A DNA stretch of 64,000 bases from Gemmatimonadales bacterium (GTDB lineage: Bacteria; Gemmatimonadota; Gemmatimonadetes; Gemmatimonadales; GWC2-71-9), in NCBI GenBank assembly GCA_025935995.1, contig JAICUF010000002.1:11680-75679 (forward strand), given 5' to 3'. Each line of letters begins with the position of its first letter. Within the stretch, counting starts at the first letter, position 1. This document shows, piece after piece, positions 8,251 through 18,105 of the stretch. The position numbers and the translations under genes were made by a program. Below the pieces are notes generated by a model. That model did no database searches and was not told where the DNA came from. It saw nothing but the letters and a program-made list of their open reading frames with translations.

Positions 8251-9650
8251 ACGATCCGCTGTCGGCGGTCGAAGGTGAACGACCACCACGTGCCCGCAGA
8301 GCTGGCGGCGTGCACGAAGCACACCTCGGTGCCGCGGCCGGCGGGCGGCCATCCGGGTGGCCGGTGAATCGTGCGGCAGCCGAGCAGCTCGGGGACGGCA
8401 TATCCCGCGAGCCCCTGCCGCAGCTCGGCCGGCGGAACGCCGGTGAGGAGGAGGGCGGCGCTGTCGAGATCCGGCGCCCGGCGTCCGTGTGCGAGGGCAG
8501 CGAACGTCCGTCGAACGGCCGCCCGCTCGCGCGGCCAGTCGCCGCGTAGCGCGGAGTTCCGGCTGATCGGCGCGAAGTCGGCGTCGAAGAGGCCCGCCAG
8601 CCCGCGCGCGATCGAATACGCGTGCGCCGACTGCCGGTTGGTGAGCACGATGACCGTGAGACTGTCCTCGGGGTAGCGCGCGATGGTGCTGCTGAATCCG
8701 GTCCGGAATCCGCCGTCGTGCTCGATCTCGCGCCGCCCACGCCAGGGCCGGATGAACCAGCCCAGTCCGTAGGGCACGGCCGCGCCGGAGCGAAGGTGCC
8801 CGGGCGAAAACATCACGGCCCGGCTGGCGGGGGTCAGCAGGCGATCGCCGTCGAGCGCCGCGTCCCAGCGGGCGAGATCGAGGGCGGTGGTGTGGATGCC
8901 GACATCGCCCCGCGCGTGGGCCGCGGCTGATATCCGGACGCCGGGGACGAGGCTGTCGCGGAGCCATCGGTACCCCAGGGCCGAGTCGGTCGCCGCATCC
9001 ACTTCGTTGATGCCGGTGGAGGTGAGGGCCAGCGGCCGGAAGATGCGCTCCCGCATGAAGCCGGAGTACGGCATGCCCGTGACACGGGAGATGAGCAGGC
9101 CGAGGACGAAGGGCCCACAGCCGTAGCTGAAGCCGGTCCCGGGGGGAAAGCGGAGCGGCGCCGCCTCGAGCGCCGCGAGGAAGGACGAATCCGTCCTCCG
9201 GGTCTGGAAGAACGTGTCCTCCTCGTCCCAGTCATCGCGCAGGCCGGCGGTGTGCGTCATCAGCTGACGGATGGTGATCGGCTGCCATGCCGCCGGAAGG
9301 CCGGGCAGATAGCGGGCGATCCGGTCGTCGAGTCTCAGCTTCCCTTCCTGCGCCAGCAGCAGCACGCCGGCGTCGGTGAACTGCTTCGTGATGGACGCGA
9401 TCTCGAACGAAGTCGCGGCGTCGACCCGCTTCCCGGTGGCCACATCGGCCAGCCCGTACGAGGCGGAGAAGATGACGCGGTGCGCCCGGCTGATGACGAC
9501 CTGCAGGCCGGGTATGTGCCGGGCCGTCATCTCGGCGCGGAGGTAGCGATCGATGGTCGAGGGATCGGGATCCACATGCCATGCGAGTGGCGCCGGGGAG
9601 GCGAGCAGCGCCGAGGCGGCGCAGAGCAGGGCGACGAAGCGCGGGAGCAT
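8229..9650 (-). CDS. serine hydrolase, beta-lactamase/transpeptidase-like (class C related)
   Basis: Signal peptide MLPRFVALLCAASALLASPA. S-x-x-K nucleophile motif in ...SFEIASITKQFTDAGVLLL.... Family-typical ...YSGFGYxL...-like regions. Confidence 0.85.
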   Translation of the reverse strand: MLPRFVALLCAASALLASPAPLAWHVDPDPSTIDRYLRAEMTARHIPGLQVVISRAHRVIFSASYGLADVATGKRVDAATSFEIASITKQFTDAGVLLLAQEGKLRLDDRIARYLPGLPAAWQPITIRQLMTHTAGLRDDWDEEDTFFQTRRTDSSFLAALEAAPLRFPPGTGFSYGCGPFVLGLLISRVTGMPYSGFMRERIFRPLALTSTGINEVDAATDSALGYRWLRDSLVPGVRISAAAHARGDVGIHTTALDLARWDAALDGDRLLTPASRAVMFSPGHLRSGAAVPYGLGWFIRPWRGRREIEHDGGFRTGFSSTIARYPEDSLTVIVLTNRQSAHAYSIARGLAGLFDADFAPISRNSALRGDWPRERAAVRRTFAALAHGRRAPDLDSAALLLTGVPPAELRQGLAGYAVPELLGCRTIHRPPGWPPAGRGTEVCFVHAASSAGTWWSFTFDRRQRIVYFEPEE

Positions 9651-9760
9651 CGTTCAGAGATACGTGCCGGGACAGCCGGGGACAACCGAGGCGATCGTTC
9701 GAGGCGTCGCGGTCCTCGATCCGTGAGCTGAATCCAAACTGAGAAAGGATCGCGGAGCTC

Positions 9761-10465
9761 ATGTCCAGGCTGATCCTCAGGGGACTGATCGGCGGACTGT
9801 TCCAGTTCACGCTGTTTGCCGCCGCGATCATCGTTCCGGCGGGCCTCATTCCCGGGGGCACATGGCACTGGCCACGCGCGCTCATATTCGTGGCGCTGTA
9901 CGGCGTCGTGCTTGAAGTCTCCATCGTCGTCCTCGCGCTCACGGCGCCGGCCAGTCTCGCCGCCCGGCTCACGCCGCCGGCGTCCAGAAAGCAGCCGGCC
10001 GCGGATCGCCTCGCCACCGCGTTCCTGGTGGTGGCCACGCTGGGATGGCTCGTGTTCATACCCGTCGACGTCTTCCACCTGAAGCTGCTTCCGCCTCCAT
10101 CTCTCCCGGTATCCCTGGCTGCCGCCGTCGTGTCACTCGCCGGCTTCGGCATCACCCTCGCCGCGATCTACCAGAATTCGTTCGCCATCCCCATCGTCGA
10201 AGACCAGTCGGGCCGCGGCCAGGTGCTGGTGGATTCGGGACTGTACGCCTTCGTGCGTCACCCGATGTACCTGGGCATCCTGCTCTTTCATGCGGGGCTT
10301 GCCCTGTGGCTCGAGAGCTACGCGAGCCTGCTGACGCTGCTCGTGATCCTGCTGGCGCTGCTCGCCCGCACCCGCGTGGAGGAGGCGACGCTGCGGAGGA
10401 CGCTGCCGGCCTACGGCGCGTACGCCGCGCGGGTACCGTACCGTCTGGTTCCTCTTCTCTGGTAG
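9761..10465 (+). CDS. isoprenylcysteine carboxyl methyltransferase (ICMT)/phospholipid methyltransferase family membrane protein
   Basis: Polytopic membrane ORF with the C-terminal signature ...LVDSGLYAFVRHPMYLGILLF...EEATLRRTLPAYGAYAARVPYRLVP.... Confidence 0.8.
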   Translation: MSRLILRGLIGGLFQFTLFAAAIIVPAGLIPGGTWHWPRALIFVALYGVVLEVSIVVLALTAPASLAARLTPPASRKQPAADRLATAFLVVATLGWLVFIPVDVFHLKLLPPPSLPVSLAAAVVSLAGFGITLAAIYQNSFAIPIVEDQSGRGQVLVDSGLYAFVRHPMYLGILLFHAGLALWLESYASLLTLLVILLALLARTRVEEATLRRTLPAYGAYAARVPYRLVPLLW

Positions 10466-10524
10466 GGATGGTTGCACAGCCGGGAGGTAGCTTGGGGAAT
10501 CTCCGATATCGATCCGAGGGACTG

Positions 10525-11484
10525 ATGCTGAGTGAGAGGCGGCGTTGGCGATCGAAGGCTCGGCTGCTGCTCGTGGCGCTCACTGTCGGAGTGCCCGGGA
10601 TCGCCGCGGGGCAGACCGGCTGGCAGCCGTCGGGGGGCCACCGGCAAATTCCGATCTGGCCGGGGACGCCCCCAGGCGCACGGCCGATGCGGGGCCCGGA
10701 AGTCGCCGCGACGGTGGTGGACCCGGCCGGTCACGCGAAACTCGTCGCCGGGAAGCCGTGGGTCTACGTGGATCGGGTCTCCCAACCGACCATGACGGTC
10801 TACTCGCCCGCCGGCCGCAACACGGGCGCGGCGGTCGTGGTGTTTCCGGGCGGCGGCTACAGCATCCTGGCGATCGATCTCGAAGGCACGGAGGTCTGCG
10901 ACTGGCTGACATCCCGGGGGATCACCTGCGTGCTGCTCAAGTACCGCGTGCCCTGCGCGAAAACCGGACCGTACCGCGATTGCCTGACCGCGCTGCAGGA
11001 TGCGCAGCGCACCGTCGGGCTGCTCCGCTCCCGGGCCGCGGAGTGGCATGTCGATCCGCACCGCATCGGCGTGATCGGCTTCTCGGCCGGCGGGCACATG
11101 GTCGCCGCGCTGAGCACGCATTTCGACAGGCGGCTCTACCGGCCGGTGGACGCGGCGGATACGGTGAGCTGTCGCCCCGACTTCGCGATCGCGCTCTATC
11201 CCGGTCATCTGGCGGTGCCCGAGCGGCGGTTCGCGCTGAATCCCGATATCCGGGTGAGCAGCCGGACACCGCCGACGTTCCTGGTTCAGGCGGAAGATGA
11301 TCCGGTCGATCCGGTCGAGAACTCGCTCGTCTATCACGCGGCGCTCAGGAAGGCCGGCGTTCCCGCGGAGCTGCACCTGTACGTGAAGGGCGGCCACGCG
11401 TTCGGTCTCAGGCGGACGAGCCTGCCGATTACCGCGTGGCCCGAGCTGGTGGAGAACTGGCTCGGAACGATCGGGATGATCTGA
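10525..11484 (+). CDS. secreted alpha/beta hydrolase (esterase/lipase fold)
   Basis: Start chosen at MLSERRRW... followed by a signal peptide. ...VVVFPGGGY... oxyanion region and nucleophile elbow GFSAGGH. The upstream part of ORF 10045.. overlaps the ICMT gene. Confidence 0.8.
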   Translation: MLSERRRWRSKARLLLVALTVGVPGIAAGQTGWQPSGGHRQIPIWPGTPPGARPMRGPEVAATVVDPAGHAKLVAGKPWVYVDRVSQPTMTVYSPAGRNTGAAVVVFPGGGYSILAIDLEGTEVCDWLTSRGITCVLLKYRVPCAKTGPYRDCLTALQDAQRTVGLLRSRAAEWHVDPHRIGVIGFSAGGHMVAALSTHFDRRLYRPVDAADTVSCRPDFAIALYPGHLAVPERRFALNPDIRVSSRTPPTFLVQAEDDPVDPVENSLVYHAALRKAGVPAELHLYVKGGHAFGLRRTSLPITAWPELVENWLGTIGMI

Positions 11485-11514
11485 AGGACACACGGATCTC
11501 TGAGCGAGGCGCCC

Positions 11515-11763
11515 ATGCCTGTCTGCTTCCGCTCCACGCGCGTCCGAATCGGGCTGGTGCTCCTGATCGTGGGTACCGGCCCGCTGCTCGCGATCCTCGC
11601 CGCCGCGGAGCTCGGCCTGACCGACGACCCGAATCCGAACCCCGTGATCTTCGGCATCCTGGCCTTCCTGACGTTCTGGCCGAGCGTCGCGCTGATCCTG
11701 AGCGGCCTGGCGCATGGTCGGAAGGCAAGGGAGGGGCGCACGCGGGGCCCGGCCGGTCGCTGA
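11515..11763 (+). CDS. small two-TM membrane protein (hypothetical)
   Basis: 82-aa ORF with two hydrophobic helices (IGLVLLIVGTGPLLAILAAA; VIFGILAFLTFWPSVALILSGL). No family recognised. Confidence 0.4.
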   Translation: MPVCFRSTRVRIGLVLLIVGTGPLLAILAAAELGLTDDPNPNPVIFGILAFLTFWPSVALILSGLAHGRKAREGRTRGPAGR

Positions 11764-11857
11764 GCCAGGCTGGAACATCCAACCCTTTCCCGCCGTCCGA
11801 TGTCAAAGGAATCCACGGAAGCCTGGAACCCACCTCGAACTCGAAGCTGAGGCCCTG

Positions 11858-14395
11858 ATGGCCAACGAGTCACAGCCATCGCGGGACGCGAGCCGCGACA
11901 TCCGCGGCACCCGCTGGCTCGAACGCCGGGCGCAGGACATCCGCTACGCCGTCCGCGGGCTGCGCAACCACCCGGTCTTCGCCATCACGGTGGTGCTCAC
12001 CCTGGCGCTCGGCATCGGCGCCAACGCGGCGATGTTCTCGATCGTGGACCGGCTCCTCTTCCGGGCGCCGCCTCTGATGCACGACCCCGCCCGGGTCCAC
12101 CGGGTCTACCTCGCCACCACCTGGCGCGGGGATGTGAACGAAAACAGTTACATCCCCTACGCCCGCTTCACCGACCTCACCAGCGATACGAAGTCCTTCG
12201 ATCGCACCGCGCTGTTCACCGAACGCGAGGTCGCCATCGGAGCGGGCACCGACGCGCGCGAGATGCAGGTCGGGGTCGTGACCGCGGGGTTCTTCGGGTT
12301 CTTCGATGCCACCCCGGTGGTGGGTCGGTACTTCAGCGCGTCGGAAGACTCGCCGCCGAAGGGTGCCGCGGTCGTCGTCCTGAGCTACGGCTTCTGGCGC
12401 ACCCGCTACGGCGGCGACCCCGGGGTCATCGGCCAGACGCTGCAGGTTGGCCCGACGCTCTGCACCATCATCGGTGTCGCCCCCAAGGGGATGGTCGGAC
12501 TGTGGCCCGACACGCCTCCCGTGGCGTTCGTGCCCGCGGCCACGGTCGCGGGCGAGCGGGGCGACCTGGGAATCCGGGGGGAAACCTGGTGGGGCACCTA
12601 TCACTGGACGTGGGCACAGACGATGGTCGAACGGAAGCCGGACGTGACCCTCGCCCAGGCGAACGCCGACCTCTCGCAGGCTTTCGTGCGGAGCTATCAG
12701 AAGGAGCTGGCGGCGAGCCCTGGCCAGCAGCCGCTCGCGCTGGCCCGGCCCCACGCCTTTGCGGGATCGGTCTCCAGCAATCGCGGGCCGCAGGCATCGA
12801 GTCTCGCGAAAGTCGCCACCTGGATCGGCGGCGTGGCGCTGATCGTCTGGCTGATCGCCTGCGCCAACGTCGCCAACCTCCTGCTGGCGCGCGCGCTGCA
12901 GCGGCGCCGCGAGATCGCGGTGCGCCTGGCGCTTGGCGTGAGCCGGGCGCGGCTCGCGTCGCAGCTCCTCACCGAGAGCGTCATCCTGGCGCTGCTGGGC
13001 GGCGTGACCGGCGTGCTGATCGCCCAGTGGGGCGGCGCCGTGCTGCGCTCGTCGTTCCTCTCCGCGACGACGACGGCCACCGTCGTCTCCGACCCGCGCA
13101 CGCTGATGTACGCCGGAGCGGCCGCGCTGTTCGCCGGCCTGCTCACCGGGCTGGCGCCGCTGGTGCAGACCCGCCACGTGGACCTCAATCGCGACCTGCG
13201 CGAGGGCGCGCGCGAAGGCACCTACCAGCGCTCCCGCCTGCGCTCGGCCCTGCTCGTGTTCCAGGGCACGCTGTCGGTCGTGCTACTGGTGGGGGCCGGC
13301 CTCTTCGTCCGGAGCCTCACCCACGTCAAGGCGATTCCGCTCGGGTATCATCCCGAACAGGTGCTTCTGGTCGACATGAACCGGCGCGGCGTCACGCTCG
13401 ACAGCGCGCAGAGCGTGGCGCTCATCACCCGGCTGCACGAGGCGGCGGCGGCCGTGCCCGGCGTCGTCAGCGCGACGCGGCAGCTCACCATGCCCTTCTG
13501 GAGCAGCTGGAGCATGGGCCTCCACGTGGCCGGCATCGACTCGGTCAGCAAGCTCGGCCAGTTCAACCTCGACGCGGTGACGCCGGAATACTTCGCCACC
13601 ATGGGGACCCGGATCATCGCCGGGCGCGGGATCGAAGCGCAGGACGTCGCGGGCGCGCCCGGCGCGATGGTCGTGAGCCAGGCGATGGCACGGAAGCTCT
13701 GGCCGAAACAGAATCCGCTGGGCCAGTGCGTACGCATCAACGCCGACACGCTGCCATGCTCCTACGTCGTGGGCGTGGCCGAGAACATCAAGGCGCAGCA
13801 ACTGGGGGACGACCCGGGACTCTTCTACTACCTTTCGTCGGCCCAGTTCCACCCGGACGAGGGCGGGCTGTTCGTGAAGGTGCGCGGGGACCCGGCGCAG
13901 ATGCAGGAGACCGTCCGGAAGTCGCTGCAGCCGCTCATGCCGGGGTCGTCCTACCTCACGGTGACACCGGTGCGCGACATCATCGGCGAGCAGACGGCGC
14001 CCTGGCGGCTCGGCACGTCCATGTTCGTGATCTTCGGCGGGCTGGCGCTGGTGCTCGCGGCCATCGGCCTCTACAGCGTGATCGCGTTCAACGTGAGCCA
14101 GCGGCGCCACGAGCTCGGCGTGCGCGTGGCGCTCGGCGCCAGCATGGGCGACATCGTGCGTCACGTCGTGACCGGCGGCCTCAAGCTGGCGGTCGCCGGC
14201 ATCGTGCTCGGCGCGGTTCTGGCCCTCGTGCTCGGCCGGTGGATCGAGCCGATGCTGTTCGAGGAATCGCCGCGCGACCCGATGGTGTTCATGCTGGTGG
14301 CGGGGGTGCTGCTCTTCGTCGCCGTACTGGCGAGCTTCATTCCGGCCAGCCGCGCGGCACGGGTGGATCCGATGCTCGCGCTGCGGGCGGACTAG
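11858..14395 (+). CDS. ADOP-type duplicated MacB/FtsX permease (orphan; no adjacent PadR or ATPase)
   Basis: 845 aa from the ATG at 11858. ...DIRYAVRGLRNHPVFAITVVLTLALGIGANAAMFSIVDRLL... followed by two MacB_PCD/FtsX modules, ending ...IPASRAARVDPMLALRAD. Confidence 0.9.
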   Translation: MANESQPSRDASRDIRGTRWLERRAQDIRYAVRGLRNHPVFAITVVLTLALGIGANAAMFSIVDRLLFRAPPLMHDPARVHRVYLATTWRGDVNENSYIPYARFTDLTSDTKSFDRTALFTEREVAIGAGTDAREMQVGVVTAGFFGFFDATPVVGRYFSASEDSPPKGAAVVVLSYGFWRTRYGGDPGVIGQTLQVGPTLCTIIGVAPKGMVGLWPDTPPVAFVPAATVAGERGDLGIRGETWWGTYHWTWAQTMVERKPDVTLAQANADLSQAFVRSYQKELAASPGQQPLALARPHAFAGSVSSNRGPQASSLAKVATWIGGVALIVWLIACANVANLLLARALQRRREIAVRLALGVSRARLASQLLTESVILALLGGVTGVLIAQWGGAVLRSSFLSATTTATVVSDPRTLMYAGAAALFAGLLTGLAPLVQTRHVDLNRDLREGAREGTYQRSRLRSALLVFQGTLSVVLLVGAGLFVRSLTHVKAIPLGYHPEQVLLVDMNRRGVTLDSAQSVALITRLHEAAAAVPGVVSATRQLTMPFWSSWSMGLHVAGIDSVSKLGQFNLDAVTPEYFATMGTRIIAGRGIEAQDVAGAPGAMVVSQAMARKLWPKQNPLGQCVRINADTLPCSYVVGVAENIKAQQLGDDPGLFYYLSSAQFHPDEGGLFVKVRGDPAQMQETVRKSLQPLMPGSSYLTVTPVRDIIGEQTAPWRLGTSMFVIFGGLALVLAAIGLYSVIAFNVSQRRHELGVRVALGASMGDIVRHVVTGGLKLAVAGIVLGAVLALVLGRWIEPMLFEESPRDPMVFMLVAGVLLFVAVLASFIPASRAARVDPMLALRAD

Positions 14396-14415
14396 CAGGG
14401 CGGGCCACGCTGCAG

Positions 14416-15369
14416 ATGCGCTCTCTGTCCGGAGTCCGCAGGATGATGCTTGCGGCGATTCCGCTCGCGCTCGGCGCGGCACCGGGCCGACACCACGTCG
14501 TGCTTCCGCGCGTCACGATCATCTCGGGGTCTCGATCGGACGGCTCGGCTACCGACCTGTGGCTGGCGATACTGCGGCGCCGGCTCGAGCCACGGGAGCT
14601 CGACAGCGTGGCGAGGATCCGGCGTGAGCGCACGACAGACGAGGAGGCGTGGGCTCGCCTCATCGAAGCGGAGTCGCACCGCTGGCCGGCCGCGGCGGAT
14701 TCCCTCGGCCGCCTCTTCGAGCTCGCTCCCCTGCCGGCAGTCCGGATCGTCCTCGGCAACCGTGGCGCGGAGGACGCGTTCACCCACGACTCCTCGACGA
14801 TCGGCATGGACCTCGCCGCGCTCCAGCGCGTCTATGGCGCAGCAGCGGAACCCATCAATCGGGATCGGGTGAACCGGTTTTTCCGTCACGAGTACGTCCA
14901 TACATTGCAGAAGCGTTGGCTCGTGCATCATCCCTTCAGGGCGCGTTCGTTTCTCGACGATGCCGTATTCGACGCATGGGCAGAGGGCCTGGGCAACTAT
15001 TTCTCGCTGTCGGGTGACTGGCGGCCGGCCGGCGGCGCGCCGTCTCCTCTGACCGCCGCGGCCCTCGCGCAGCTCGAGCCGATTCTCGTCGCACGGTTCG
15101 CAGCCCTCGCGTGTGCCGATTCCGCCGCCGCCGGCAGCCTGGTCAAGGGGCTGTCGAGCGGCCCGTTCACGAAGAAGTGGGGGGCGCTGCCGGTCGCGTT
15201 GTGGCTTCTCGCGGATCAGGAGTCGGACCGGGGGACGCTGCGCCGTTTCGCAATCGGCGGTCCGCCCGCCTTCTGGGCTCTCGCCGAGCGGCACGTCCCA
15301 GGCCCACGCGCGGACTCGCTGCGAATGGCGCGCCGGCGAGACGCCGCATGCAGGCCCAGCGCTCCGTGA
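14416..15369 (+). CDS. hypothetical protein with HExxH motif (possible MA-clan zinc peptidase)
   Basis: The tail of ORF 12502..15369 beyond the permease stop. It carries an N-terminal hydrophobic segment and ...NRFFRHEYVHTLQ... followed 24 aa later by ...DAWAEGLGNYF.... The start could be 14416 or 14443. Confidence 0.55.
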   Translation: MRSLSGVRRMMLAAIPLALGAAPGRHHVVLPRVTIISGSRSDGSATDLWLAILRRRLEPRELDSVARIRRERTTDEEAWARLIEAESHRWPAAADSLGRLFELAPLPAVRIVLGNRGAEDAFTHDSSTIGMDLAALQRVYGAAAEPINRDRVNRFFRHEYVHTLQKRWLVHHPFRARSFLDDAVFDAWAEGLGNYFSLSGDWRPAGGAPSPLTAAALAQLEPILVARFAALACADSAAAGSLVKGLSSGPFTKKWGALPVALWLLADQESDRGTLRRFAIGGPPAFWALAERHVPGPRADSLRMARRRDAACRPSAP

Positions 15370-15394
15370 AGCGCCACAACTCGCCCTGCGGCAC

Positions 15395-15754
15395 ATGACT
15401 CCAGCCATGACAGTGGCGGCGTACGTAGCCCAGACACCGCCGCCGGCGCGCCGGGCGCTCAAACAGCTCCGGGCCGCGATCAAGGCGGCGGCACCCGGCA
15501 TCACGGAGCGAATCAGCTATCGCATCCCGACCTTCGAGCTGGACGGCCGATACCTGCTGTACATCGCGGCGTTCAAGGAGCATGTGGGCATGTATCCGGT
15601 TACGGCCGGCATGCTGGCAAAGCATGAGAAGGCGATCGCCCCGTATCGGACCGGGAAGGGCACGCTCCGTTTTCCGCTCGACGCGCCGATTCCCGTCGAC
15701 CTGGTGACCCGGCTGGCGAAGGTCCGGGTGCGCGAGCGACGCGCGGCCAGGTGA
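15395..15754 (+). CDS. DUF1801 (YdhG-like) domain protein
   Basis: 119 aa: ...VAAYVAQTPPPARRALKQLRAAIKAAAPGITERISYRIPTFELDGRYLLYIAAFKEHVGMYP.... GTGA overlap with the downstream PhzF gene. Confidence 0.75.
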   Translation: MTPAMTVAAYVAQTPPPARRALKQLRAAIKAAAPGITERISYRIPTFELDGRYLLYIAAFKEHVGMYPVTAGMLAKHEKAIAPYRTGKGTLRFPLDAPIPVDLVTRLAKVRVRERRAAR

Positions 15755-16647
15755 GCTACCGCTACGTCATCTGCGACGTCTTCACCAGGACCCGCTTCGG
15801 CGGCAACCAGCTCGCCGTGGTGCCCGACGCCCGCGGGCTGTCGGACCGGCAGATGCAGCAGATTGCCCGGGAGTTCAACTTCTCGGAGACCACCTTCGTG
15901 CTTCCCCCCGAGCGGGGTCACGACCGGCGCGTCCGCATCTTCACTCCCGCTGCCGAGGTTCCGTTCGCGGGTCATCCGAACATCGGCACCGCGTTCGTCC
16001 TGGCTGCGACGGGAGCGTTCGGCGCGGTGGACGCACCGAGGACCGTGACGTTCGAGGAAAGGGCAGGCCTCGTTCCAATCACGGTCCGCCGCCGCGACGG
16101 CACGATCTGGTGCGAGCTTTCCGCACCCGAGCGCCTGTCCCTCGGCGCGACCGTCTCGGCGGCGTCCCTCGCCTCGGCGCTCTCGCTCGACGCGGACGAC
16201 GTGGTCACGGCGAATCACCCGCCGCTGGTCGTGTCGGTCGGGCTCCCGTTCCTCGTCGCCGAGCTCAGGGACCGTCGGGCGTTGGCGCGAGCGCGTCCCG
16301 ACCTCCGCGGCTTCGATGCGCTGACCGCTCAGGGCGCCGTGCCCGACGTCCACCTGTACGTCAGAAGCGCCGACGACTTCGATCTCCGGGCTCGCATGTT
16401 CGCCCCGCTCGACGGCGTGGCGGAGGATCCCGCGACCGGCAGCGCGAACTGCGCGCTCGCCGGCCTGCTGCTGCATTGCGGTAGCCCCGCTGACGGCGCG
16501 GGATCCTGGCGGATTGCCCAGGGCGTGGAGATGGGACGGCCCAGCGTGCTCGAGGCGCGAGCGGAAAAACGGGGCGGCGTCGTCACGGCCACGTGGGTCG
16601 GCGGCGCGAGCGTGATGGTGAGCGAGGGCATGATCGACGCGGGCTAG
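15751..16647 (+). CDS. PhzF family phenazine-biosynthesis-like isomerase
   Basis: ...[49 protein letters not shown]...[23 protein letters not shown]... is the canonical PhzF/YddE signature. GTG start. Confidence 0.9.
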   Translation: MSYRYVICDVFTRTRFGGNQLAVVPDARGLSDRQMQQIAREFNFSETTFVLPPERGHDRRVRIFTPAAEVPFAGHPNIGTAFVLAATGAFGAVDAPRTVTFEERAGLVPITVRRRDGTIWCELSAPERLSLGATVSAASLASALSLDADDVVTANHPPLVVSVGLPFLVAELRDRRALARARPDLRGFDALTAQGAVPDVHLYVRSADDFDLRARMFAPLDGVAEDPATGSANCALAGLLLHCGSPADGAGSWRIAQGVEMGRPSVLEARAEKRGGVVTATWVGGASVMVSEGMIDAG

Positions 16648-16686
16648 CCGTCCCGACAAACCAGACGCGAACGAGGATGCTCGACC

Positions 16687-17217
16687 ATGCGCCCGGTACT
16701 GTACCGCGTTGCCGCGAGTCTCGATGGCTGCATCGCCGGACCCCGGGGCGAGGTGGACTGGATCGTGAGCGATCCCGCCGTCGATTTCGCCGGCGTGTAC
16801 GAGGCGGTGGACACCGTGCTCCTCGGACGGCGCACCTGGGAGCTCACGCGCCGGCCGGGCGCGCCGCCGTGGCCGCGCGGCTGGCAGGTGTTCGTCTTCT
16901 CACGGACGCTGAAGGCGGAGGAGCACCCCGGCGTCACCATCGTGTCGGCCGACGCCGGCGCGCGCGTGGCGGGGCTCCGCGCCGCGTCGGGCCGTGCGAT
17001 CTGGCTCTTCGGCGGCGGCGGCCTGTTCCGGAGCCTGCTGGAGGCGCGGCAGGTCGACCTGGTGGAGCTGGCGGTGATGCCCGTGCTCCTCGGAGGCGGC
17101 ATCCCGCTCCTCGAGGCGGGATTGCCGCCGACCGGACTCGCGCTCGAGGACGTGCAGCGATATCCCAGCGGTTTGCTGCGTCTCAGGTATCGGGTCCCGG
17201 GTGCCGCCGCGGTCTGA
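16687..17217 (+). CDS. dihydrofolate reductase family protein (RibD C-terminal domain type)
   Basis: ...YRVAASLDGCIAGPRGEVDWI...DTVLLGRRTWE...IWLFGGGGLFRSLLEARQVDLVELAVMPVLLGGGIPL.... Confidence 0.85.
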   Translation: MRPVLYRVAASLDGCIAGPRGEVDWIVSDPAVDFAGVYEAVDTVLLGRRTWELTRRPGAPPWPRGWQVFVFSRTLKAEEHPGVTIVSADAGARVAGLRAASGRAIWLFGGGGLFRSLLEARQVDLVELAVMPVLLGGGIPLLEAGLPPTGLALEDVQRYPSGLLRLRYRVPGAAAV

Positions 17218-17240
17218 CCCGCCGACTCCCTGACAGCGCG

Positions 17241-17888
17241 ATGCACGTCCTCCTGATCCATGGGCTCGCACGGACGCCGCTGTCGCTGCTCGGCCTCGCG
17301 GGGGACCTGCGTCGGGCCGGTCACCGGACCGAATCGGTCGGCTACCTGGGCGCGCTCGAATCCTGGCAGAGGATCGTGGCGCGGGTGCGGGGCCGGCTGG
17401 GCGTGGCGGCCTGCGCGGGCGCGCCGTACGCGATCGTCGCGCACTCGCTGGGCGGGCTCATCGCCCGGGCCGCGCTCGGTGAATGGCCCGCCGGTCGGCC
17501 CCTGCCGGGCCGGCTCGTGCTGCTCGGCACGCCGAATCGGGTGCCCCGGCTCGCGCGCCGCTTCCATCGGTGGTGGCCCTATCGCCTGCTGAACGGGGAA
17601 TGCGGACAACTGCTGGCGGAGGCGGCATTCTTCGCGGCGCTTCCACGCCCGCCGGTGCCGACGGTGGTGATCGCGGGGACGAAGAGCTGGCCTCGCGCGC
17701 TCGGCCTCTTCGGCGATGCGGCCAACGACGGGATCGTCGCCCTGGACGAGGCGCGCCTGGACGGAGCGGCTGAATTCATCGAGCTGCCGGTTTCCCATAC
17801 GTTCATGATGAACGATCGCCGCGTGCGGGCGACGGTGCGCGATCTCCTCGCGCAGGCTGGTGGCACCTCCGAAGCCGGCGACCCGTAG
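17241..17888 (+). CDS. alpha/beta hydrolase (small lipase/esterase-like)
   Basis: Start at MHVLLIHGLART.... Nucleophile elbow AHSLGG. The upstream extension of ORF 16593.. overlaps the two preceding genes. Confidence 0.7.
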   Translation: MHVLLIHGLARTPLSLLGLAGDLRRAGHRTESVGYLGALESWQRIVARVRGRLGVAACAGAPYAIVAHSLGGLIARAALGEWPAGRPLPGRLVLLGTPNRVPRLARRFHRWWPYRLLNGECGQLLAEAAFFAALPRPPVPTVVIAGTKSWPRALGLFGDAANDGIVALDEARLDGAAEFIELPVSHTFMMNDRRVRATVRDLLAQAGGTSEAGDP

Positions 17889-18105
17889 TGCTGACGAGCA
17901 ACGAGGCCGGCCATGACGAAGAAGCGCTGGTCGCGCGATCCCTCAGCGCTCGGCAGATGGCAGTCGGAGGCACAAGGCCGAGTCCTGTCGCTCGGCGATG
18001 TCGATGCTCGCGTTCTGCATCAACCGGCCGGGGAAATCGTTGTCCGCCACGCAGCGCCGAGGATCGAAGCCAGGCGTCCACGTCCACGATCGGGGAGGAG
18101 ATCAG

